Below, in pieces: positions 48,754 to 58,158 of a DNA stretch of 64,000 nucleotides (its first letter is position 1; every line of letters begins with the position of its first letter). The position numbers and the translations under genes are program-made. The notes beneath the pieces were generated by a model. The model ran no database searches. It saw only the letters and a list, made by a program, of their open reading frames with translations, and was not told the DNA's origin. Source of the DNA: a virus. Where the stretch lies: positions 32,001 through 96,000 of IMG/VR virus record IMGVR_UViG_3300036818_000127; one strand, given 5' to 3'.

Positions 48754-49054
48754 TGAACTGATGAGCTGTCTGCCTACTAGAAAATGGCCCTACAAGAAAG
48801 CATGCCATATGCGAGCAGACACAGAAGATGAATTGCATACCTTTGCTGCAAAGATAGGATTGAAGAGAGAATGGTATCAGAACCATCACCGAAATCCTGT
48901 TATGTGGCATTATGACCTTAATGCAGGGAAGCGAAAGGAGGCCATACAAAAGGGAGCCAGGGCTATCACGTGGCGTGAAATGGCGGCGATGATTACTGGA
49001 AAACCTCCATACAATCCAGATCTAGAGACAAAAGAGAAAGGGGGAACTCCGTGA
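48737..49054 (+). CDS. DUF4031 domain protein
   Basis: VYVD...CHM.AD..DELH.FA..IGL.R.W.Q...HYDL. Confidence 0.85.
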   Translation: MTVYVDELMSCLPTRKWPYKKACHMRADTEDELHTFAAKIGLKREWYQNHHRNPVMWHYDLNAGKRKEAIQKGARAITWREMAAMITGKPPYNPDLETKEKGGTP

Positions 49055-49464
49055 CACCAGCAGCAGTTATTGCTCGCATCAAAAAGTCAGGACTGCTCAA
49101 TATCAGCTACATGCGATACAATCCGCCGCTTGTTGTAGATGATGTGGCATATCAGTGCTCATTTGGAGTAAGTCTCCATGTCGAAAAGAAATTTGGCACG
49201 AGAATCCAATGTGATGCGATCCTCGTAGAAGCTCTAGGATCGATGTCAGGGCGTCAAGCCCAGCAGAAGATAGACGTATGCAAGAACCGCATGGAAACGG
49301 CAGCTATGACCGATCAGGGCTCTCTTAACTATGGTGTAAGAGAGAAGGTCAGTAGTCCTGCTGGGAAGGCGGTAAAGAAAGCCGACCCAACTGAGGTTCA
49401 ATTGAAGAAGATGCGGAAGCGCGGCCAGCAACTTGCTAAGACAATCCAGTATCCTGCGAGATGA
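49051..49464 (+). CDS. hypothetical protein
   Basis: ORF. Confidence 0.5.
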   Translation: MTPAAVIARIKKSGLLNISYMRYNPPLVVDDVAYQCSFGVSLHVEKKFGTRIQCDAILVEALGSMSGRQAQQKIDVCKNRMETAAMTDQGSLNYGVREKVSSPAGKAVKKADPTEVQLKKMRKRGQQLAKTIQYPAR

Positions 49465-49476
49465 AAGAGGTGAGAT

Positions 49477-49755
49477 ATGAGCGAACAAAACAAGCCACTT
49501 TTGATGAATAGCCGTCTTGAAATCCCATTTGGCATTCCCGATCATAAAGGAGATGTCGTCCTATCAAGAAAAGCGGCAGAGGAATTAGTACAGAGGTTCA
49601 AAGAAACAAGGGAGATAGACATCGAGCATGGCGGGACGTTCAAAATACTGAATGTTTTTCTTGAGTACAACCTCAATGACCAGGACATAGGTGAGATCGT
49701 GGTGTCTGGAGAGTTCCCGATCATGCTGCCGAGGGTTGACGAAGGGGAGTTCTAA
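49477..49755 (+). CDS. hypothetical protein
   Basis: GAGG RBS. Confidence 0.55.
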   Translation: MSEQNKPLLMNSRLEIPFGIPDHKGDVVLSRKAAEELVQRFKETREIDIEHGGTFKILNVFLEYNLNDQDIGEIVVSGEFPIMLPRVDEGEF

Positions 49756-49764
49756 TGGTGAGGC

Positions 49765-49802
49765 AAAAAGGAGGGATAGCATCTAAACTATCCCTCCTTT
49801 TT
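49765..49802. terminator. bidirectional terminator
   Basis: AAAAGGAGGGATAG...CTATCCCTCCTTTT. Confidence 0.85.
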
Positions 49803-49813
49803 ATGCATCAAAA

Positions 49814-50072
49814 ATTGCAGTACCCTCAAGGCGGGTCGATGGATTGCAACTCGACAGGAATGCGCGGCCAGGTCTCTAGCATGATCAATTGCAGTACCCT
49901 CAAGGCGGGTCGATGGATTGCAACTGGAATATCCTCTCCAGTAGATATCAACATACATCGGATTGCAGTACCCTCAAGGCGGGTCGATGGATTGCAACTT
50001 AGAAAGTCATTCGAGAGACACTTCCCTGATTTTGTATTGCAGTACCCTCAAGGCGGGTCGATGGATTGCAAC
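49814..50072 (-). CRISPR. CRISPR mini-array: 4 identical 37-nt repeats (ATTGCAGTACCCTCAAGGCGGGTCGATGGATTGCAAC on +), 3 spacers of 37 nt, no cas genes
   Basis: Repeats at 49814, 49888, 49962, 50036; leader-like sequence on the right. Confidence 0.97.
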
Positions 50073-50243
50073 TGCCGCAGCATATAAATCTTGAAAGACC
50101 CTACCACTCAACTTTTATCGCATGAGCCCTCTCTTGATCTTCTCAGCGCGGTGATTTCTTTTGTTTTGCTAAGGAAAAGCATACCAGATCTGTCAAGTTT
50201 CGCAAATTGGTTTTTGTTAAAATATGGCGTCGATTTGCGAGGA
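50073..50243 (-). promoter_or_regulatory. putative CRISPR leader
   Basis: AT-rich noncoding DNA with TTCGCAAA / TTTGCGAG motifs. Confidence 0.5.
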
Positions 50244-50618
50244 TCAATATCCCCTATGTTCCTTGTATTCTAGATACTGCCTCTTAACCTCATTGACTAT
50301 GTTTTGTTTGACCTCATCATCAGTTACATTTTTCTCTCTAATGATCTTTTCTGTCATTACTTTTACTTCTATTTGCCCCAAAGCATCAAGGTCACTAAAC
50401 CCCCACTTTACAGCATAATCGCTAAAAACCTGCTCCCGCTCCTGTTTTTCCTTTGCGAAGACATTTTCTGAAGGCATAGTAGCCTTTTTTGTCTGGATGA
50501 TCTTATTGTATGTCATCACCTCAATTTTATCAAGACGCTGTTCTACTCCCGTCAGACGGTCTTCCTGTTCTACAGCCTTGTACCCTTGAAGATAGCGATA
50601 TTCTTCTTCGTGATCCAT
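50244..50618 (-). CDS. hypothetical protein between the two repeat arrays
   Basis: AAGGAG RBS before MDHEEE. Confidence 0.6.
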   Translation of the reverse strand: MDHEEEYRYLQGYKAVEQEDRLTGVEQRLDKIEVMTYNKIIQTKKATMPSENVFAKEKQEREQVFSDYAVKWGFSDLDALGQIEVKVMTEKIIREKNVTDDEVKQNIVNEVKRQYLEYKEHRGY

Positions 50619-50721
50619 AGTTTTCTCCTTTGTGTATACAAAAAACCCACAGAACCCTAGTATACTCCCACTGATCAACATCGAAATTCTTGGCAGTGAG
50701 TTCTGAGGGTAGGGTAAAAAG

Positions 50722-50753
50722 AAAGAGGGATAGTGTAGATGCTATCCCTCTTT
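50722..50753 (-). terminator. terminator, inverted near-copy of 49765-49802
   Basis: GAGGGATAG..CTATCCCTC. Confidence 0.8.
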
Positions 50754-50758
50754 AAATA

Positions 50759-51017
50759 TACCCTCAGATGGATCGATGGAAATGAAAAGTATTAGTCACC
50801 TAATTCAGTTGCAGTATCCTCAGATGGATCGAAAAGTAAATCTGAACTATCGACTAAAGTAGTTGCAGTACCCTACCAACGGGTCGAATTGGTTAAAGTA
50901 GAGAGTATACCCCTATACAGTTGCAGTACCCTCTAACGGGTCTAAGTGCAGAAAGCGAGTATCAAACATATGAATACCGTTGCAGTATCCTAGCTCGGAT
51001 CAACAGAGCTAGGATAC
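50759..51017 (-). CRISPR. array of truncated, divergent CRISPR repeats (Racr/crlRNA-like)
   Basis: GTTGCAGTA(C/T)CC units at 50808, 50862, 50920, 50979 and a partial unit at 50759; period 54-59. Confidence 0.8.
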
Positions 51018-51047
51018 CAGCACTCCCTCTATCTGTCAAGTCGGATT

Positions 51048-51344
51048 CTATAGTTCCTCTTCATAGGCAGTTCGCAATGGCTGCAATGACTCCTCATACT
51101 GAGAACGTAATTCCTGCTCAGCATCCTCTCGTGTCTTGAATGGCCCTTGGTCTTCTCCCTCGGAATAGAGGCCATCCTTAGTCCCTCGCTGGTAGCCGTA
51201 CCATCCATCATCCTGCTGAAATGTCACCATCTCAATCCCGTCTTGCCCACCACCCCAGCTTAGCGGACCAGGGATACCTACAGGGGCTTTCTCACTCAGT
51301 TGAACAATTTCTAAGGTCTGCTTTCTCATCTCTTCATTTGCCAT
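51048..51344 (-). CDS. small acidic hypothetical protein
   Basis: ORF. Confidence 0.55.
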   Translation of the reverse strand: MANEEMRKQTLEIVQLSEKAPVGIPGPLSWGGGQDGIEMVTFQQDDGWYGYQRGTKDGLYSEGEDQGPFKTREDAEQELRSQYEESLQPLRTAYEEEL

Positions 51345-51395
51345 GATTCTTTTCGCTTTCTTTCTAAAACTAAAACTACCTAGCTACTATTCTAC

Positions 51396-51743
51396 TCAGG
51401 AATCCCGCAGGGAATGCGGTTTTTTCTGTGACTTTTTGTTTCCCTCTTCGATGCGTACTCCATCCTCATCGAAGAGGTCCCAGGGATATGTATTTTCAGA
51501 GACACTAAGAGGTGTAGGTTTGAGCATCGATACGTTTCGCTCATGCCATGCTTTTGCCTTTGCGATATCCTCTTCTGTGGCAGGTGCTAAATCCTCGCTC
51601 TCGTATTCATAGGTACCGCCTGTGTGCAGCAAGGTTGCGAAGATCTTCTTATCCTGGATACGCTCTACTCTAGCGCAAACAGTACCACCAATAGCATCAA
51701 CGATTTTAACAATTCGTCCGATTTGATAGGTTATTTCTGACAT
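51396..51743 (-). CDS. hypothetical protein, SH3-like N-terminus
   Basis: AGGAGG RBS. Confidence 0.55.
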   Translation of the reverse strand: MSEITYQIGRIVKIVDAIGGTVCARVERIQDKKIFATLLHTGGTYEYESEDLAPATEEDIAKAKAWHERNVSMLKPTPLSVSENTYPWDLFDEDGVRIEEGNKKSQKKPHSLRDS

Positions 51744-51901
51744 GTTACCTCCTATATCTTATGCAATCGATAATCTCAAACAGTATAAATACTCCTACTA
51801 CAGCAAGAGCAGCTATCGTCCCTAATTGTCCCATTTGTGCTATCTCCTCTGCAAAACTGTCTAGGAATATTCCAAAAATATTCCTGGACCAATTCCCAAG
51901 C

Positions 51902-52306
51902 TCATCCAATATCCGTCAGCAGATCATCGAAGTAGCGGAAATGGGTACCGAGCCTTTGGAGTATTTCCTGATCACCTTCGACCTCTTGGTAGAGATCATA
52001 CTCTGGACTGTCGAGCATATCAAGCACTCGTTGTGGACAGGAAGTATGTAGTTGTTCAGTTTGCTTCTGGCAAAGCCTGTACCGACATCCAAGTTTTGGA
52101 TGTTTCTCTACAACTCCAGCATCAATTAGCTCTTTGAGGGCATCATCATACTGTGTCCCTGGGATGCGACAGTCAAGCTGCCCTCTATCAACTCCAAGCT
52201 TATCGCAGATCGTCCACCCTGCAATATAGGAGCCTTTCGGTGGCATCGTACTTGAGACGATAACCCCTAACATGTTCTGGGCAATAGGACTAAATTGTTC
52301 GCTCAT
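51902..52306 (-). CDS. hypothetical wHTH-like protein
   Basis: ALKELIDAGVVEK. Confidence 0.5.
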   Translation of the reverse strand: MSEQFSPIAQNMLGVIVSSTMPPKGSYIAGWTICDKLGVDRGQLDCRIPGTQYDDALKELIDAGVVEKHPKLGCRYRLCQKQTEQLHTSCPQRVLDMLDSPEYDLYQEVEGDQEILQRLGTHFRYFDDLLTDIG

Positions 52307-52542
52307 TTCTGGAAAACCCTTTCTTGTAGTGATAGAGCAGCAAAGAGACCCTCTGCCTCTTCAATAATTATCTGCTGGAATTCCGACGATTCCCCTGCTT
52401 CATCGCAGGTAGCGCGAAAATCAGTGCCTATATCAAAGAAGTGCATCGTTGCTGGCGATTGGCGCATCCAGATTGGATACCTAGAAAGATCTTCTTTAGG
52501 CACTTCTTTACCTAAAAGATCGATAAGATTATTGTCACTCAT
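52303..52542 (-). CDS. hypothetical protein
   Basis: Start MSDNN, ATGA overlap. Confidence 0.5.
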   Translation of the reverse strand: MSDNNLIDLLGKEVPKEDLSRYPIWMRQSPATMHFFDIGTDFRATCDEAGESSEFQQIIIEEAEGLFAALSLQERVFQK

Positions 52543-52561
52543 TCCTTTTCCTTTATACCTT

Positions 52562-52948
52562 CTACCTGCATTCAGCTTCCTTGCTCTGTGCAATAGATAT
52601 AGCCTTTTGCACCTTTTTATTAAGGGTACGGTATCGGCTAACTTCCTTTTGCCATGTTTTAACGGGCCAAGCTTCTTTACTCCCCTTGGTTGATTGAATA
52701 GAGGGTATGAGGCCGCTATGCATTTGAGCATATAAAGCTCGGATATGCTCAGGAGCATAACCAATACTGCCAAAATACTTATCATGGTCACCGATGATCT
52801 CGAATGCTTGCAATGCTAGGACTTCATATTCCTGTTCACATTTGCCAAATTCATCTATGGCATCTACAATCTCTTCATATGCATATCGTGTCAATCCTGC
52901 TGCAAGAAATCGAGCATGAACATCTCTCTCAGGGACCTGTACGGCCAT
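52562..52948 (-). CDS. hypothetical protein
   Basis: First gene after repeated promoter. Confidence 0.6.
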   Translation of the reverse strand: MAVQVPERDVHARFLAAGLTRYAYEEIVDAIDEFGKCEQEYEVLALQAFEIIGDHDKYFGSIGYAPEHIRALYAQMHSGLIPSIQSTKGSKEAWPVKTWQKEVSRYRTLNKKVQKAISIAQSKEAECR

Positions 52949-52992
52949 TTAGTTTCCTCTTTCTTTACTAGTAGCCTTCTTGATCTATCCTA

Positions 52993-53021
52993 GGTATAGC
53001 ATATCTTCCATAAACTGTCAA
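52993..53021 (-). promoter_or_regulatory. repeated promoter copy (divergent pair)
   Basis: 29-mer, -10 is TATACC. Confidence 0.8.
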
Positions 53022-53129
53022 TACTTTTCACTATGAATATTCCCTCATTTCAAAATATCCCTAAAACTGCCTATAGCATACCAGGCAGGTCCAGTTTTGT
53101 GTAGCACTAAATATTCACCCTCAAACCTA

Positions 53130-53158
53130 TTGACAGTTTATGGAAGATATGCTATACT
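53130..53158 (+). promoter_or_regulatory. repeated promoter copy (divergent pair)
   Basis: Exact 29-mer. Confidence 0.85.
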
Positions 53159-53203
53159 TAGGATAGATAAGAGAGTACTACTAGTAAAGAAAGAGGAAAC
53201 CAA

Positions 53204-53581
53204 ATGACACAGTTACTTACCGAGCAAGAAGTTGAAGTCATGAGTGAAGAGCTTAAAATTATCGCCCTTATCTTCACCGAAGACTATTGGGGAAAAGATC
53301 CAGAAAAAACAAAGTGGTATGAAAGCGATCCCGAATATAAGGGGTACATCGCCCAGCATGCTGAAATATATCGAACACTCCTACATGATGGCAATAGAAA
53401 GGAAGAGATTAGAAGGGAGAATAAAAGGAAAGAAAAGAGAGAAAGTAGAAAAGAGTATATAAAAGGTATTCATGCCCTAGGCTTGACAGTTGCAGAGGTT
53501 GAGCATCCATACAGTCAGGCAGCGAGGGATGCCTCTCTAAGGAGAGAAATCCGAAGCGAAGCATATGCAAACAGGTACTAA
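53204..53581 (+). CDS. hypothetical protein
   Basis: RBS. Confidence 0.6.
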   Translation: MTQLLTEQEVEVMSEELKIIALIFTEDYWGKDPEKTKWYESDPEYKGYIAQHAEIYRTLLHDGNRKEEIRRENKRKEKRESRKEYIKGIHALGLTVAEVEHPYSQAARDASLRREIRSEAYANRY

Positions 53582-53608
53582 AATTAGTACCTAGAAAGGA
53601 GCAACAAA

Positions 53609-53818
53609 ATGCCACAGAAACAGAAAAACCCTCTTATAGGTGAAAACATTCTTTTCATTAGCGCAGCACTTCACAAAGGATGCGTAAATGATAAGGAAGA
53701 GGGTATTGAGATTTGGACAGCAGATGGAGAGTACCTTGTATGTGTAGATAATATTGTAACACATGTTGTGAGTGACCGTAGGGATGCATTGGCTTACTAC
53801 GGTGAGTACTTCGGATAA
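53609..53818 (+). CDS. hypothetical protein
   Basis: AAGGAG RBS. Confidence 0.55.
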   Translation: MPQKQKNPLIGENILFISAALHKGCVNDKEEGIEIWTADGEYLVCVDNIVTHVVSDRRDALAYYGEYFG

Positions 53819-53829
53819 GGAGGTAGATC

Positions 53830-54030
53830 TTGAGAAAGCTACAAGTAAGTACTGAGTACCAGTACAAGTCTAACGGGAAAGAGTACTACAAGGTTTACAT
53901 GAGTAGGGCTGATGGATCAATGGTAAAAGGCACTCGAACACTTGGTGCCTTTACTGGATCAAAATTGAAGCAAGTCCAGAAGGATATGCAAGATAACATC
54001 AACCGTGGCGCTTGGAGCAATAGGGAGTAA
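53830..54030 (+). CDS. hypothetical basic protein
   Basis: AAGGAGG RBS, TTG start. Confidence 0.5.
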   Translation: MRKLQVSTEYQYKSNGKEYYKVYMSRADGSMVKGTRTLGAFTGSKLKQVQKDMQDNINRGAWSNRE

Positions 54031-54372
54031 GGAGTTTTGTTCTTATCTATCCCTTATCTGCTATAATTCTATATAATTTCCATATCTCGAACTGATTCTG
54101 GGAATGCTTACACCGCAAGAACGGGCACAGTTCGAGAGTGAGTTACAAGTCAGCATCAATCACTGGCTTGCTAAGAAGGCGATGTAATATGCTGAATGAC
54201 AGAGAAGAAGTTACGCCAGCAAAGGCATTAGATTATATCCTCCTTCTCATGGATCGAGTAAGGAAAGCACTTGACCTTCCTCAGCCTGAACGAATGATGG
54301 TCCTAGCAATCATGAATGACTGGATGAAAGAGGCTGTTGCGATGCTTGAAGCAGCAGTAGAACAGGAGAATA

Positions 54373-54675
54373 GTGATAGAGATGATAGCGCAAAATCGTG
54401 AAGAAGGTGGAAGGCTTGTTCGGCTGGCTTGGATACGCTGGGCCAAGCAGCAGCCTGACCCCAAGTTTTCCTGGCTCGTTGAGTGGGATGATCCTCGATT
54501 TCCAGAGGCAGACAGGGAGGCTGATCGACAGATTTGGGATGCAATTGTTGCCCCATACAATGAATCAGTTGTAGCTCTCATAGCTGAGAATCAGCAGCTA
54601 CGAAAGGACCTTGATAAAGCAATAGAAGCTCAGTATAGGCTAGAAAGATTGCTAGAGGAAAAGGATCAAGCATGA
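54373..54675 (+). CDS. hypothetical protein
   Basis: ORF in operon. Confidence 0.5.
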   Translation: MIEMIAQNREEGGRLVRLAWIRWAKQQPDPKFSWLVEWDDPRFPEADREADRQIWDAIVAPYNESVVALIAENQQLRKDLDKAIEAQYRLERLLEEKDQA

Positions 54676-54857
54676 GAGATGAGATAATCCTTGCACTAGC
54701 AGGGTCTCTTGTGCTAGCAGCTCTCTCAATGCTAGCACTTTTCTCGCCAAAAGTGCAAAGCTACAAGTATATTAATCAGTGTTTAGTAGCAATGATAGTC
54801 TATATTATCATTGCTACTTTTGTCATGGTTTATGCATGGTATACAGTAAAAGCCTAA
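54672..54857 (+). CDS. small two-TM membrane protein
   Basis: Hydrophobic, ATGA overlap. Confidence 0.5.
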   Translation: MRDEIILALAGSLVLAALSMLALFSPKVQSYKYINQCLVAMIVYIIIATFVMVYAWYTVKA

Positions 54858-54875
54858 AGAGTAGGGAGGATAAAA

Positions 54876-55163
54876 ATGGATTGCTCTTGTGCCACTTGGT
54901 GTGGAAGTCCTTGTTATTATCTGAAACTAGGAGACATAAAAGAACTGCCTGAACTTGCTGCGTCAATCCACATGCGCCACGTGATCCTGTGGACAAATGG
55001 CATGTGTATGGTATTTGATGATAGGGGTGAGCAGATGCCGTATTACCAAGGCAGATTTGATAATAGGGCACAGCGCATCAATAATGTATTTCGTGGCGAG
55101 TGGGAGTATGGAGACTGGAATAGGGGTATCTTGAGTGGTGTGCCATTAGAGCTAAAGGCATAA
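54876..55163 (+). CDS. hypothetical protein
   Basis: GGAGG RBS. Confidence 0.5.
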   Translation: MDCSCATWCGSPCYYLKLGDIKELPELAASIHMRHVILWTNGMCMVFDDRGEQMPYYQGRFDNRAQRINNVFRGEWEYGDWNRGILSGVPLELKA

Positions 55164-55318
55164 GTCTATCTAGAGAAGAAACTGCTAATCTTGCAATGGA
55201 GATTAGCAGTTTCTTCGTTTTTGGCACACTTGTTCGTTGACTTGCTGATGAGGTAATGGTAGGTTGATGAGTAGATGCGTGCACGCATGCATGCATACTT
55301 TAATAGATGGAGGATTAA

Positions 55319-56143
55319 ATGCCTGTTAAAAAAAGAACAAGAGTATGGACGTTCCTAATCCGCAAAGGGGGTTCGGGCAAAACAACATCTGCTGTGAACT
55401 TTGCGACAATACTTGCATGTATGCATAATCGCAAAGTCTGCTTAATCGACTTAGATCCACAGGGTAATTCCACTACCCACCTTGGGATTAACCCAGAGAT
55501 ACTTCCTACCTCAGTAAATACCCTCTTTACAGAGATTGGAGTTGACCCCCATTCTGTCGTGCAGCCTGTTTTGTTTACCGTCAGCAACAAGGGCTATTCA
55601 ATTGGTGTCATTCCTGCCAAGCGGGACCTAGATGAGACTGACCTCAGTATGAAGGCAACGCAGGTAGGGTTACTCAAGCCAATCATCGATGCACTCTCTG
55701 AAGATTGTGATGATATCGTGATTGATACGCGACCCACGCGGAGCATGCTGACTATTAGTGCTCTCATTCCAGCTACCCATGCCATCATCCCTATGGAAGC
55801 TGGCGTTTTTGCCCTAGATGCGCTCAAGGACACTGAGCAGGATATCAATAATGTGAGGCAAGGGCTTAATCCAGGATTGAAGCTCGTAGGTATTCTACCG
55901 ACGCGGGTACGTGAGAGCACAAATCTATCTAGGGTTATCTTAGGAGAGGCTGCGAAGGGATTTGATCATCTACTCATGCGCTACCAAGAGAAGGGAGAAT
56001 CGCGGTTACTCCTGATCCATGATAGCGTTCGTCTCGGTGAAGCTCCAGCCTATGGACTTCCTGGAATAGCCTACGACCCCAAGAGTCCAGCTGTGCAGGA
56101 TTACATCAAGTTCACGGAGGTACTCCATGCCCAAGAAACCTGA
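55319..56143 (+). CDS. parA: ParA/Soj family partition ATPase
   Basis: KGGSGKTT, IDLDPQGN, IDTRP. Confidence 0.93.
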   Translation: MPVKKRTRVWTFLIRKGGSGKTTSAVNFATILACMHNRKVCLIDLDPQGNSTTHLGINPEILPTSVNTLFTEIGVDPHSVVQPVLFTVSNKGYSIGVIPAKRDLDETDLSMKATQVGLLKPIIDALSEDCDDIVIDTRPTRSMLTISALIPATHAIIPMEAGVFALDALKDTEQDINNVRQGLNPGLKLVGILPTRVRESTNLSRVILGEAAKGFDHLLMRYQEKGESRLLLIHDSVRLGEAPAYGLPGIAYDPKSPAVQDYIKFTEVLHAQET

Positions 56144-56732
56144 CCTCAGTAAGGCATTCGGCGAGCGATTTAAGACAGAGGAGAAAGTAGACGTGCAGGA
56201 CCCTATAGCTGCTGCCATGCAGGCAACAAAGGATGCAGAGAAGGATGCAATCCTTCTGGCTGGGTTGCCTGAAAACAAGGATGCACGCATGCATGCGTAC
56301 ACGTCAGATGTGATACCTGAAAGCATGAATGTATCCATAAATGAAGGCCCGCCAGCAGGGAGGCAGGCAAGAAGGAAAGTACCTACGCCAGCACGTGAGC
56401 AAGCAAGCAAGACTGAAAGCAAACCTACACGGAAGCCTGCTAACCAACAGGAAAGCAAGGATGAAAACGAGCAAGCAGACATAGATAAAGGAGTACTAGT
56501 AGACATGCTGTATGATCAGATCCAGCAGAAGAAACACTTATCTAATGGATCATTTCGCTATCGAGCAGATGAGCTGGAGAAGCTAGAGGCTATCTATCGG
56601 GACCTTGATAGGGCAAAGCCTGGTCGCATTAGCAAGAATGATATTGCGCGGCTGGCACTTATCGCCTTCTATGAGGACTATGAGCAGAATGGGGATGAGA
56701 GCATACTGGCACAGGTATTTAAACGCATGTAA
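56127..56732 (+). CDS. putative centromere-binding partner of ParA (RHH-like C-terminus)
   Basis: Overlaps parA; disordered N-terminus, ISKNDIARLAL. Confidence 0.6.
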   Translation: MPKKPDLSKAFGERFKTEEKVDVQDPIAAAMQATKDAEKDAILLAGLPENKDARMHAYTSDVIPESMNVSINEGPPAGRQARRKVPTPAREQASKTESKPTRKPANQQESKDENEQADIDKGVLVDMLYDQIQQKKHLSNGSFRYRADELEKLEAIYRDLDRAKPGRISKNDIARLALIAFYEDYEQNGDESILAQVFKRM

Positions 56733-57034
56733 GCATGCATGCATACTAGAAAGGGTACTAACCTACATGAATATCCTCCAATTTGGTATTGACCTGGGCC
56801 ATACCATTGCCCACACTGATTGCCCAAATCCTAATGACCTCCGTGAGAAAGCACGGAAGATCATCGAAGCTCTTGGGCTCACCTTGAATGTTGATGAAGA
56901 TCCTACATTCTTAATTGGGCTGGGCGTTGGACTTGCAGATCGACATAGGGAACCACTCGGTGAGGTTGCGCTAGATCTGATGGGAGAGTCTGGGCTACAA
57001 AATGGAGATGACTCTCTTTAGAAAGGAAGTATGT

Positions 57035-57307
57035 ATGCCAGAACTTATTCGTACCAAGTGTAATACAGGCCAACTGGTTATCACTGACAAAGCCATTCGT
57101 CTTGAGACCAAATGGATAGGACAGTCAACACGTATGCTAGCTCGTGAAAGGATTATTGGTGTCGATATTATGCCCTATCCGAAAGTGCTTGGACTTGGTG
57201 GAAAGAAGGCAGACTTGACGTTCTACGGACAGGGAAATGAAACCATTAAAGTTCAGATTGTTGATATTAAAGTTGCGAGGCAGATCGTAGAATTGCTTGG
57301 GTACTGA
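57035..57307 (+). CDS. bacterial PH-like domain protein
   Basis: GQLVITDKAIRL. Confidence 0.5.
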   Translation: MPELIRTKCNTGQLVITDKAIRLETKWIGQSTRMLARERIIGVDIMPYPKVLGLGGKKADLTFYGQGNETIKVQIVDIKVARQIVELLGY

Positions 57308-57502
57308 GGTAGGGGACAGACAGGCTTGCAGTAAGCCCTATCCTTGTTGTAGAGTATGAGGGATGCCTATCGTGAATAGTTTTTTGAAAGGAGAGAGTCA
57401 TTATTTGATCTGAGGGGAAACAGAGTTTCGTTGATCAAGCCTGGAAGAAACCCATCTCTTCCAGGCTTCGCTTTTGTTATGGGTGCTGGGCTTGCCACTC
57501 TC

Positions 57503-58135
57503 TTAGAGCTTGTTTACAGGGCTGTTGACCATGGCATCATACTTTACTCCATCAAGGATACCAAGTTCGCGCTGAGGATCATAACGACCAGCTCTTGCAA
57601 TTCCATGATCATCCGTGTAAGAAATTAATATCCGTGTTCCTCTAGGCTCTACACCATTTATCTTATATGGTGGGTATGACCCACTGCTTATGTAGTCACC
57701 AGGAATTACCTGACTTGCTAGTTTCATGATCAAGCAAGCCTCTACTAGCCTCAAAGTCTCTTCTCTTTTCTGAGTGTCTTTGCCTATGGATACAACGTGA
57801 GAAGTAGGCGGTGCAAGCATGCTAACCGGATTGCAAGGAGTTAGTTGGATATTGAGTAGCTGACATCCTTGATCGAGATAATACTGCACCCAATACTTCT
57901 CACGTGTATATGCGGCATTCTTGCCATCATACACAATCTCTATGATCTCAAAAAGAGGTTCTAGTTCTAAAGCGGCAAGTTCCCGCATCCACGCATCTTT
58001 GCCCTGGTTAGTCCCATCTAAAATCTTGTGCCGATCAAACCTTGCATTAGGATTATTTGTCATCCCAACATACCTTGTGCACAGGACTATATCTGAGTTA
58101 CGGGGGTCTTTCCATCGGTAGATGAAGTGTATCAT
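57503..58135 (-). CDS. GIY-YIG nuclease domain protein
   Basis: FIY...DPR...YVGMT.NP.AR..RH, E..W. Confidence 0.75.
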   Translation of the reverse strand: MIHFIYRWKDPRNSDIVLCTRYVGMTNNPNARFDRHKILDGTNQGKDAWMRELAALELEPLFEIIEIVYDGKNAAYTREKYWVQYYLDQGCQLLNIQLTPCNPVSMLAPPTSHVVSIGKDTQKREETLRLVEACLIMKLASQVIPGDYISSGSYPPYKINGVEPRGTRILISYTDDHGIARAGRYDPQRELGILDGVKYDAMVNSPVNKL

Positions 58136-58158
58136 GTGTTTCTCCTGCTCTATGTCTG

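Noticed and set aside
49755-50087. 110-aa ORF
   Set aside because: It is a translation of the CRISPR repeats (LQYPQGGSMDCN recurs).
50783-50793. 11-nt match between a short spacer and 53020-53030 (AATACTTTTCA)
   Set aside because: Short, AT-rich and handle-distal; plausibly chance.
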